Source: Paraglomus brasilianum
Lineage: Eukaryota
Length of the DNA: 61,339 bases
Direction of reading: 5' to 3'
Assembly: GCA_910592345.1 (NCBI GenBank)
Contig: CAJVPI010000071.1
Location: forward strand, 1 to 61,339
Position 1 is the stretch's first letter; each line of letters opens with the position of its first letter. The position numbers were made by a program, and so were the translations under genes. Positions 37,273 to 48,181 of this stretch are shown piece after piece. Below the pieces are notes generated by a model that saw only the letters and a list, made by a program, of their open reading frames with translations, was not told where the DNA came from and did no database searches.

Positions 37273-40200
37273 ATGGATTCCAAAGAGTCAATTTTACCAA
37301 CCGAAGGCGAGCGTCTTAAATCCATCGAAATGCCTCAATCCGATAACGAGGTTACTGATGGATCAGTCGAAGACGAAATAGAGGACGACGAGCGGGAAAC
37401 TGACGATAGTGCGGAGGATACTGACGAAGAGTCTGACGGGGACGATAGTGAAGAAGAAGAAGAGGAGGAGGAGGAGGAGGAAGAAGAAGAAGACGAGGAG
37501 GAGGACGAGTCGGAAGAAGAAGAAGAAGAGGAGCCAAAGTTGAAGTATCAGAGACTTGGTGCGGGTGTCGGTGAAGTACTGAAAGAAGACTCGGCGAGTG
37601 CCATGACTGTATCCGAGCGGTTTGTTGTACGTTGAAATGCTTAAAATGTAAATTGGTGCAGATGACCGTTTAAATGTGAATATGTATTCGTCGAACTCGT
37701 TCGATCTTCCATGGAGTTTGTAGATCAGTTCTTTAATATAAACGTTTATTATATCTGCTCCGATGTATTTCTTTTTTACCTTCTTGGCTAATTCTTTGCT
37801 TTACTTTCCCCGTCTTAGGTTCTCGGCACCCATAATGGCTCAGTCCTTCTACTTGATTTTCAGGGAGATGTTGTTAATCGCTTCACTAAACATACTGCGT
37901 CTGTGTCTGATATCTCTATTGATGCCTCTGGAGAGTATGTGGCAAGCGCGTCACTTGACGGTAGGATAACCTTGCTTGACCATCCACGTATAATCAGTCT
38001 CCGTGTCCTTCCAAAATTTATACAATCTATAAAACGATTGTACCATAGGAAAAGTTGCAATATATGGTTTATATCCAGAGAGTTCTGGATCCAGCGATTC
38101 CAAAGAAGCATATCCTGTAGAGGTATACGACTACAAACGACCAGTGAAATGTGTCGCCTTGGATCCGGAATATAATAGAAAGAAGACGCGTCCATTCGTA
38201 TGTGGCGGAATGGCTGGAATATTACATTTGAGAGAAAAAGGTTTGTTTATTATGACGAATTTTGGTTGTGCAGTGATCGTACGCCATCTTAATACAATAA
38301 ATATACGTGATAGGATGGTTTGGCGATAAGGACACCCCATTACAAGGCTCTGGTGAAGGACCTATTACTGCTGTCAAGTGGAGAGGGTCATTGATTGCTT
38401 GGGCTAATGATGAGGTCGGAAACTTGTTATAGATGAGCGGTGTTTGGTAGATATTGATGTTATGATATGTAATGTGAATTCTAATATGTTGTATATCACA
38501 GGGTGTAAAGATGTATGATACAAACTCGCAGAGCCGTATTACTTGGATTGCTAGACCTTCTGATAGTCCAAGAGCCGATTTATATCGATGCAATTTGTGT
38601 TGGCGCGACGACACAGTGTTAATGATTGGCTGGGCCGACAGTATACGTCTTGCTGTAGTCAGAGTAAGTTTGGCATCACGGTGAAAAGAAAAAAGCTTAA
38701 ATTGTTAGGATAAAGATACAAAAGTTATTAACAGGGTCGTGAACTATTTATTGTAGGAGACTCCTAGACAAGAAATTGCACAGGGCAAGCCACCGTTATA
38801 TGCTGAAATTACCGCACAGTAAGCAGCAGGTGTTATGTTTTATACTTGACTTGAAACGGTTGATAATATCGTTTCTATATTATATCATCAGAATCACAAC
38901 AGATTTTATTGTCTGTGGTATTGCGCCATTTAAAGATATGATGTTATTATTGGCGTATACAACCGCTGACATACACCAACATGAAGAAACAGATGACCCA
39001 GAGAAACAGAAACGACAGGTGATCATCTGTAATCTTTATTGCATTATTTTGACCATCGTTTCTATTTCATTTTACGTTCAGCCTATTAACTTACTAGTTA
39101 ATCTTCTTCTCTACATATATAGAAAGCCAGACGCCCTGAACTGCGCGTAATCAACTCAGCCAACGAAGAAATATCAAGTGATGAACTACCTCTCCGCGGA
39201 TTTCAACATTATCAACCGAACGACTATGTGCTAGACTATTTGTCATCAGAAGACATGTTCTACGTAGTCAGTCCCAAAGATCTTGTAGTTGCAAAGGAGC
39301 GCGATTTAGACGATCATATTACGTGGCTAAGGGAGAGATCAAGATATTATGAGGCATTGCAATCGCTTAGAGGGGCACCAGTCTATAATGGTGCTAGTGG
39401 ATATACGATCAAAGGGTTAGGGCAAGAGTATTTGGAGTATCTAGTACGGGAGAGTAAGTTTGTCCATGTATTTTCCAGGCGAGTGATATCCGTCTTGATA
39501 GTGGTTACTAAATGTGTTTCATTTACAGAGGAGTTTGATAAGGCGGCAACAGAATGCCCCAATATACTTGGTGACGACGCTGAGCTGTGGGAGCGATGGA
39601 TATACGCATTTGCTGATATGTGGGAATTACAGGTCAGCTAAGTTAACACTGTGCTTGCAGGATTTTTCTGTGATTTGAATTAACACCATCTGTTATTACA
39701 GTCAATTACCCCATTTATTCCATACAAAAAACCTCAATTGAGTGATGCGGTGTACGAAATGGTATTATTACACTTCCTACGGAATGACCACCAGGTATAC
39801 TATATAAGAAATAACTTTATGACAATTACGAAAAGGGCTCGATTGCATGGCCACTAATAAAATTTTTTTTCCATAGTCTCTGATAAAAACCATCATGGAT
39901 TGGCCTTCGACAATATACAACATAAGAAATGTTATTGTCTTGGTTGAAGAGGCGTTAAGTAAAGAGAACGACAACCCTATTTTAATGGAATGTTTAGCTG
40001 AATTGTAAGTTTACAGCAAAAGCCAGAAAAAGTATCTGTCATCTGTCACATTTCTTTATACGTTATTATTTTTCGTAACAAAAATATTCGATTTTCAGAT
40101 ATGCATACAATCGCGAACCAGATAAAGCTCTCGAATATAATCTCAGGCTACGTCGTCCAAATGTTTTCGACTTGATCCGTGACTACAATTTATTCTCTGC

Positions 40201-42015
40201 CCTCGAAGGCAGAATAATATTACTTATGGAATTTGATCAGCACTTGATGAAGGAGGAAGAGAGAGAGAAAAAAGAAAAACAGGATGAAAGCGCGGGTGGC
40301 GACGCGGCCCCAAAACACTCAACCAAATCACGTGTGAAGAGACAGAGCGAAGGACCTGCTGTGCAATTATTGGTTCAGAACACAGAGCTCGTACCTGTAT
40401 GTTATGCTTAAATGCAGTATTTTTATGAAGTGATATCGATCGATTGCTTATTCAATACTTTATAGACTTTTTTGGTCGTCAGGGAATTAAAAGAAAACCC
40501 GTACTTTATGTACATCTACTTGGATGCACTGTTCCATCATGATCCTCATCTCGGTTATGAGTATCACGACATGCAGGTATGCGCGTAGACCATAATGGCT
40601 ATTGCTTAGGCAACTCGTGTATTTTCCTAACGACCGTCCACTATCTAGATTGAATTGTATGCCGAATATGAATATGACGGACTCATGGAATTTCTGCGTA
40701 CGAGTAATTATTACTCACTTGATCGGGTGCGAATTTTTGAATCCTAAACATTATAGTTAATGAATTATAGTGACGTCCAACATTAGTATTTGTGCTAACG
40801 TCGCTAGTCCGTTTTTCCAGGCCTATGAAATATGTAAGCAAAGAGACTTGGTACCTGAGATGGTTTTCATCCTCGGACGTATGGGCAACAATAAGCAAGC
40901 ATTGATGTTGATCATCGAACGCTTGCAAGACGTACAACGCGTAAGTAGTTGTTCGAGGTTAAACGAAAGTCAACTACAATACGACTAATGATTGTTATTG
41001 ATGATAGGCCATTGATTTTGCGAAAGAACAAGATAACGAAATACTCTGGGAAGACCTTCTTGTATACTCATTAGACAAACCTCGTAAGTCTTTGTTTACA
41101 TTCAATATGAAAGGCGTTATCGCATGCTAGTTTATTTAATAAAACTAAATGTACTCTATACCCAATTCCGAATTGACAAGGCTTCATTATTGGTCTTCTT
41201 GATAATCTCGGCAGCACCAACATTGATCCTATTGCTATGATACGCCGTATTCCGGGAGGATTGGAGATACCCGGATTGAAACAAGCACTCATTAAAGTAT
41301 TACAAGACTACAACCTGCAAGCATCCTTACGAGAAGGTTGCGAAAAGATATTGGTCAATGATAGTGTAGCAATGGTTTATCAGCTCAATCAAGCGCAGAA
41401 GCATGGCATATCTTGTGAAGGTCGGTGCTATAAAAAGATTGAAATCTAATAACGACATGTTGCAATTGCTAATAATGTTTTGGTGTTTGCAGCGGAATTG
41501 AATTGTTCGATATGCCAAGAGACCATTATTAGAGACGGTAAGTATTTATTTATCATACAAAAGAATTTGTTCAATTTGTTCAGTCGGTACTATAGTACTT
41601 CCCACCCGTATCACTCATGTAACCTTCCACTTTAATATCTGAATACACAAAAGATCTAAACTCAACGCCAGACCCAAAGGCGACGACGATAATATTTTTC
41701 TGTAAACATGCGTACCACAAACAATGCCTTCTGGATGAGGAAAGTTTTGAATTGTCTAATCAAGCATTGAAACCAGCTGGAGGACGTTTTGGAATAGCTC
41801 CAAAAATCAGACACACCACTTTGCTACGATCTTTAGGACGTCCTCCACAGTGTCCTATTTGTCATGAAGCACAGCATAAACATAAGCCCCTCAATAAAGT
41901 AAAACGCGAGACTGGTCCAATTAAGGGATTTGTTAGGAGTAGGCAAGGTTCTTCCTCTTCTTCTTCTTTAAAAGATGATGATGGGATGCCACCAATGGTG
42001 CCATTAAGGTTCTAA
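37273..42015 (+). CDS. VPS41: HOPS complex subunit Vps41 (multi-exon, with C-terminal RING-H2)
   Basis: Acidic N-terminus then EEPKLKYQRL, LGTHNG, ASASLDG, RPVKCVALDP, GEGPITAVKWRGSLIAWAND.GVKMYD, SPRADLYRCNLCW, YVVSPKDLVVAKERDLDDHITWL, EMVFILGRMGNNKQALMLII and CSIC..FFCKHAYHKQC..CPIC. Confidence 0.96.
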
Positions 42016-43465
42016 TTATTGGAGTGAGTTATAGGAGGTGAAGGTCAATGGATGTAATATTATTTTGGTGTTCTGTTTGATGCCTGTGTGTAATTCATTT
42101 GATGATTGTATTTAAGTGTCATATGTATTGTAAAATAAAAACTATTGTTTTATTATCTATGAGTAGTATAATTCTGTATGTTTTAAGTCGGAACAAGAAA
42201 CCATAACCCAGCCACTATCAAATTGTTCCAGCAAAAAGGTTATCACTATACGTATCAAAGATTTCTCAAAATATATAGAGAGAAGTATTTATTGCCGAAT
42301 ATCGGATTAACCTAATGAAGAACAAAGCCTGTATTTAAATCGGTGGGCATGGTGGCTAAACCTCAGAGTCGGACGTAGTAACATGGCAAAGAAAATTTGT
42401 GTTATACTTGTAATTTTCGTAGGGAAGTGTATCATTGGTCGCTTTTCCACACAAAGTTATTTTCTAAATTTTTAAGACGCGTTTTATATCCATACTAATA
42501 CTGTAATTAAAATGATTTTCGATCAACATGCCATCAAAATCATAGATAATTCGGCAAAGTCTTTCAAGAAAAGAACATCTCGTTGGATAAGGCAGTTATT
42601 TAATTCCCATATTTCTTGCTGAACAACTTGAAGCAGGAATAAAAAAAACAAGTTACATTCCGCATTGGTTCTTCTTTCCACAGATTTTCGCCATTCTCTA
42701 GGTATTTTCGCTCACTGAATGGTTTGGTGGATTTAGATTTTGCTTTAAGATTGATTTTCCTGGTCCAACTGCTTGAATCATTGCTTCAAGCTTTGGTTTA
42801 TACTGTCGAGCTGGATTGTAGGTCTTATAATGCAGTGAGAGACTGAGAACAAGCCCACAAAGAATTCAACAGAAGTAAGCATTTTTGTATGGAAAAAATG
42901 CGTTTGATAGTGATTATTAATGGGTTTTTTGTGAATTTATATTGCCTGTAATATATAATTTTATATTCAACTAGTAAGACATTTAATTTTTGTTTGGTAA
43001 ATTCGATCGAGCAATGGTAGATTTGCCCAAGCTCTGTCCAGTGCCATGCGTACCGGTGGTGAATGCGCCAATGTAGCTCTGCACCCTTTCAGTGCCGAGA
43101 TTTATGACAGACAGCGAAGCGTGGGCACGAGGTCGATCAGATTTCAGACAGCACCAAAAGTCACCGTGTTATCTGGGTTGATCGTCATATGGTTAAGGTT
43201 TGTAAGACTGATAATGTAGGAGTCACGATTCGTAATGCTGACGTCTACGCAAGTGGTCATGTTGCCAAAAGCATGGCCATTGCCCACGACCTTGAGCATG
43301 GACTGAAGCGGAAACTGCTCCTGGACGAATGCCAGTTGTACCAGCGATGTGCCGAGACAATTGTTACATTAGGCGATTGCGCGCCTCGAAACGCTCCTAC
43401 AGACATGACTGTGTATTTGCGCATACTATTGACGCTAAAATTTCTACATGCTCTGAAGATTATCG

Positions 43466-43643
43466 GGAATTTACCTGCCATGTCGCACAACCTTCCAGGT
43501 CGTGCAGGCTCAAATACTATCCCTTCATTGGACACTCAGATCCATAAATAGAAATATTATGGACTGTACGACGTGTCGGGTTGTGCGACATGGCAGGTAA
43601 ATTCCTGAAAGGCTGTTTGATGTGTCGGGTTGTGCGACATGGC
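43466..43643. repeat. Perfect 27-bp inverted repeat plus a third partial direct copy
   Basis: GGAATTTACCTGCCATGTCGCACAACC (43466-43492) and its exact reverse complement (43579-43605). GTGTCGGGTTGTGCGACATGGC recurs at 43622-43643. Confidence 0.9.
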
Positions 43644-43689
43644 GCAATTATGATCTACAGCATGGTGCGACTGGAATTAAAATTTTTTT

Positions 43690-44251
43690 CGGTTTTAGGA
43701 GGTAATAATGTAACATTTCGCAGAATCACGACATAAAACACTTTGTTGAAGTTGTCAAAACTTGTACAGGCTTTGTTTTTGTGTCAAGTACTTCGCATGA
43801 CGGGATTGGCTTGAAGAGGTCCAAATCATACGACCCCAACACTGAGCGGGAGCTCCCAATTTTGTCTTTTGTGTTTGCATAACGGGAAGGGAACTAATAA
43901 CGACATTTTCAGAATCACACACTCAGAGTTTTATTTATGTTAATGCATGACGGGATTGGCTTGAAGAGGTAATAGTAATGTTTCGCTGATTTCCAAATCA
44001 TACGACCCCAAACACTGAACGGGAATTCCCAAAACTTGTGCAGGCTTTGGCTTTCGTGTTAAGCTCTTTACATAACGGGAAGGGCTTTAGGAAGTAATAG
44101 TAACATTGCACTGATTTTCAGAATCATACGACCTGAAACACCAAGCGGGATTTCCCAAAACTTGTTCAGGCTTTGTCTTTTGTGTTAGTTCTTTGCATAA
44201 CGGGAATGGCTTTAGGAGGTCATAGTAACGTTTCGCTGATTTTTAGAATCA
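43690..44251. repeat. Degenerate tandem array, ~125-bp unit, ~5-6 full or partial copies
   Basis: Anchor CAT(A/G)ACGGGA at 43796, 43878, 43946, 44071 and 44196 (the last three 125 bp apart). Shared GAATCATACGAC..CCCAAAACTTGT..CAGGCTTTG blocks. Confidence 0.85.
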
Positions 44252-44394
44252 ATTAGCCAATAAGATTGGTACTGCATTACTTTGCGGAATGAGTATTTGA
44301 AGCCCACTCAACCCAGGATTATTTGCCCTGCCAGAACATACACCGAATTCTTGATTCCTACAAACAGCGACATTATATCTTGGAAAAAGCAACC

Positions 44395-45597
44395 ATGTCT
44401 GAGAAACCTATCGAGCCTTTTTCTACTCGTACGGAATACCAGCCAATTGTTCAAAGGCTGATGTATATGGTCGCACGCAATAAGGGTTGGGAGGATAAGT
44501 TTACGAAGGCGATCCTTTGCGCTCACAATAGCGGGGTCGAAGATATGGTCAAGATCAAAAGTTTGGCTGACTACTACGAGTTTCTTAACAATCTGGTGTT
44601 GTGGGTGCCCACAGAGGATAAACCAGGAACTTATATTTACAATATGCTTTGCACGATGTACTTTGTCCTCGACCAGAAGCCCGTCCGCGAGCTTCAGTCA
44701 CCTGTTAAGCCTTCATCATATCCACCGCCGCAATTGACACCGTTATCCCAATGGATAGTCGATTACGCCACGTCTATGGGAGACTTTCTCTCTACCCCTC
44801 AATCACTTACCGAGAAATCTCTGCAGACTTTTTATACGGCACAGAAATACAATCTGGATGCCTATCAGGTTCCCGAAGGAGGCTGGCTGGGGCATTCTTT
44901 CAATGAATTATTCGCCCGACATTTCTTGCCAGGTACCCGACCCATTGATGGCCCTTCCAATCCAGCAGTTATTGTGAGCCCCGCAGACTCGGTTTTCGAT
45001 GGGGCTTGGGATATCACTCAGAATTCAACAGTCACTTTCACTGTAAAAGGCCTTCCCTGGAGCATTGACGAGTTACTTGCACACAGTCAGTATGCAAATG
45101 AGTTTGCCGGCGGGAAATTTATGCACGCATTTCTCGCACCATACAACTACCATCGTCTGCATGCTCCTGTTGGTGGCAAAGTGCTCGAAGCCACAGTCAT
45201 CCCAGGCCAGGCCTATCTCAAAGTTGTTGCAAAAACGCATAAGGGCAAACTGAGACTCACCCCTATTCGAAAGCTAGAACAACCAGATGTGGTTAAAGAA
45301 CTCGATGCTCCAGACTCTCCTGGTTATCAATTCTGTCAGGCTCGCGGTCTGATTGTAATCGATTCGCCAGAAGTTGGAAAAGTGGCTGTTTTACCAATTG
45401 GTATGGCTCAGGTGTCTTCTGTGCAACTCTCCACTCATAAAGGGGCTAATGTGAAAAAGGGTGCTGAGTTGGCTTACTTTCAGTTTGGTGGATCTGATGT
45501 TGTCGTCGTGTTCCAAGCACAGAGCAAAGTTGACATACTTGCCAATATAGGTGAATCTTATAGCGTGGGCCAACAGATTGCAATTGCTAATATATAA
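44395..45597 (+). CDS. Intronless phosphatidylserine decarboxylase-family (pyruvoyl-dependent) proenzyme, soluble type, ~400 aa
   Basis: SFNELFARHF.PGTRPI, VIVSPADS, VKGLPWSIDELL, FLAPYNYHRLHAPV, VAVLPIGMAQVSS and the cleavage motif YFQFGGSD. Probable ATG at 44395 (the ORF track starts at an upstream TTG, 44323). Confidence 0.92.
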   Translation: MSEKPIEPFSTRTEYQPIVQRLMYMVARNKGWEDKFTKAILCAHNSGVEDMVKIKSLADYYEFLNNLVLWVPTEDKPGTYIYNMLCTMYFVLDQKPVRELQSPVKPSSYPPPQLTPLSQWIVDYATSMGDFLSTPQSLTEKSLQTFYTAQKYNLDAYQVPEGGWLGHSFNELFARHFLPGTRPIDGPSNPAVIVSPADSVFDGAWDITQNSTVTFTVKGLPWSIDELLAHSQYANEFAGGKFMHAFLAPYNYHRLHAPVGGKVLEATVIPGQAYLKVVAKTHKGKLRLTPIRKLEQPDVVKELDAPDSPGYQFCQARGLIVIDSPEVGKVAVLPIGMAQVSSVQLSTHKGANVKKGAELAYFQFGGSDVVVVFQAQSKVDILANIGESYSVGQQIAIANI

Positions 45598-45980
45598 GTG
45601 TTTGTATCATTCTATAAATATGTAAATCTACGATCTGTGTAATCCGAATAATAATAAAGCAAGTTATTAAAAACGATAGCTAAACATAACTTGATGCTAA
45701 AATGCTTTATGACAATAATGAATGAACGGATACAATAAATTTGAGCAAAATAGGATGAAGAGTATTGCCGAACGGTCCCAAGCAGACGAACTGACTGAAT
45801 TTTTAGGTTATAAGAATCACGGTTATTATAAAGGTTTATTAAACTTCTTTGCTTTGTCAAAGGTATCCCCACAGAGTGTGACAAAAATAAGCATAATTCT
45901 ACATCAAAATCATGCAAATCATGTGAGACACCATTTTATGTACAATTGTAAGTCTTTTTGAACGGGTCTGTATTATTTAC

Positions 45981-46097
45981 AATTAACTACCAAAAAAGGA
46001 TAACTTCGAAATAATGTTGGTGAAATGATTGTCGGTGAAATGATTGTCGATGAAATGATTGTCGATGAAATGATTGTCGATGAAATGATTGCCTCCC
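45981..46097 (-). mobile_element. Third, truncated and inverted copy of the MITE-like family with expanded 15-bp sub-repeats
   Basis: AATTAACTACCAAAAAAGGATAACTTCGAAATAATGTTGG, then about five TGAAATGATTGTCG(A/G) units ending in GCCTCCC. Confidence 0.8.
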
Positions 46098-47381
46098 TTT
46101 TTGAACAATATTAAGGTTTAGGAGTATTAATGACTGACTATGACTTGATCTTCTTTTCCAGTTCCACAATTATACCATTGTAATTAAGCGACAAGAAATC
46201 AAGAGCAAATCTCAGGGAAAAGTTAATTATCGGATCAAATGTTTGGAACTTGGCAGTAAAGCCTACATTTTCGCGGGAAAATATATTCGATGTTACATGA
46301 TCAACATTACCGTACGAATGATATTCCGATTCACTCTTTCGATAATTAAACTGTTGCTGTTAACCATATCAATAAAGCTATAGTTATTACTTTTGTTAAA
46401 AACCGTATTTTTGTATCACAACATAAGAAGAAATTCGACTAACAGAAACAAAGTTTCAATAGATAACTTAATGATGTGACATTTTTACAAAATAAGAATA
46501 AAGTTGATTTTGTAGGCGTTGACGTCTCCTTTATTTGAGATCATATTTTCTCGCGTCCAAAAAATCAAATCGGGTTATGAATAAATGAGTATAAGGATAT
46601 TCGAACTGCTCTTTACCAACAGCCTATCACAATGTATTAAAAATGATAATATTTTCTAGAATCTCTATAACCCGCGTAAAATTTTTTTTTGATGACGGCG
46701 AGAAGCTTCCAAGCAGCAAAACTAAATGTTGATAGATATTATCTGGGAGAGCTATGAATTGGCTAAAGCGATAAATTTAGGGGTTGATTCTGAACACGCA
46801 ACCCGCTTTATGACAAGTATTTTAATAGACATTCTGTATGTCTATTGTTTATCTGATTTTTATTGTCGAAACGAGTTATAAAACGTCGAAATCTTGGTTC
46901 TTTAATTTGGTATACCTGATAAAATTAAGGTAATTATTTACACACGTCTCTATACGGGTATAAATTATAATTATAGGTTATGTCGCGAGATTGATATTTA
47001 ACGTCATTGCATCGAGTGTGACTGTGTATAGGATCATATGCAATTTGTTAGTTTCACGTTTGAGACGTTCGTGTATGTCGGCTTAATTCATCTTGGACAC
47101 AAAAATTATATTAATACACAAAGATAAAGACCAATGTATTCGAGTATGCCTAACTCGAACAAATAATAATAAAGCAAACCGAGAATACAGTCTTGATAGT
47201 TTACAAGTGATGTTTTGTCAAACCTATATATTTCTAACATTAAAATTTACCACTAATTTGTCGGTATGAACAAACAAGCAAAGAAGCCGTTATGAATAAT
47301 ATTATACTATATATTACATTGCTTTACATTATCAAGCTTTGCAGGCGCATCTCTTAATATCGTATAACAATTTTGTTATAC

Positions 47382-47702
47382 TTAACCCGATTTCTTTGAA
47401 CTTCCTTGTTTGCAAAAACACACTAGATTTGCAAAAATAACCGCACAAATTACGACGGTAACACGAACGGCCGTATTTTTAACTGCAAATAATACTACAA
47501 TGCAGACAATTACTGCAAGAATAAATAAATTTGTTCTCCAAAAGCCAAATTCTTCCGTTTCGACGTTGGCTTTGACTTTAGTATCAACAGATTCACTTTC
47601 TCGGTCAGGCATTGAGATTCTTGTTTCTTTGGTGTAGCCATCTTGCAGAGGTCGAATAGTTTCTTTGGTGTGGGCTTCTTGCAGAGGTTGGATAGTTTCC
47701 AT
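47382..47702 (-). CDS. Small orphan membrane protein (106 aa) with an N-terminal 12-aa repeat and two C-terminal hydrophobic helices
   Basis: ETIQPLQEAHTK/ETIRPLQDGYTK/ET. Hydrophobic segments LFILAVIVCIVVLFAV and VTVVICAVIFANLVCFC, basic tail. Confidence 0.55.
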   Translation of the reverse strand: METIQPLQEAHTKETIRPLQDGYTKETRISMPDRESESVDTKVKANVETEEFGFWRTNLFILAVIVCIVVLFAVKNTAVRVTVVICAVIFANLVCFCKQGSSKKSG

Positions 47703-48084
47703 GGTTTTGCAAATTAATATTTTGGATTATGGGTTCGAGATGCTTTGGAAGCAAGTTTTGAATTGTCCGATAAAATCTGTGTATTTAAACAAAAGAATCA
47801 GGGCTCACAAAAACTGGTTTTGATCCAAACTAGGATTCACTCTATGAATTCACAAAAAGGCAAAATTTATTGTGCATGGTGACCGAACGGGCGTAATCGA
47901 TAGTGATCATGGTGCACCGGAAAGAGAATTGATATTTCTGGACTTGAGAGATTTAATAACTAGAATCGGAGTTCATACATAATTCCCTCCGAGAGTGTCA
48001 CACCACTGCTATATTTAATCAAATAATTAGGCTGCTTGATCCAAATGTATCACGAGTGAGTAACGCAACAGATAATCGCAAAGA

Positions 48085-48181
48085 GTGTGCATTTAGAAAT
48101 GGTGTGCATTTAGAAAGGGTGTGCATTTAGAAAGGGTGTGCATTTAGAAAGGGTGGCATTTAGAAAGGGTGTGCATTTAGA
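48085..48181. repeat. 17-bp minisatellite x6
   Basis: GTGTGCATTTAGAAAGG repeated six times, one copy with a 1-nt deletion. Confidence 0.95.

Noticed and set aside
43690..44251. CRISPR-like array
   Set aside because: The whole 125-bp unit is repeated with degeneracy, there are no unique spacers or cas genes, and the context is eukaryotic.
44395..45597. Psilocybin-type (PsiD) biosynthetic cluster
   Set aside because: No methyltransferase, kinase, P450 or transporter gene is nearby, so only family-level similarity is supported.
46268..46281. Palindromic E2F-like site TTTTCGCGGGAAAA
   Set aside because: It is not near any supported gene start, so a single short match is uninformative.
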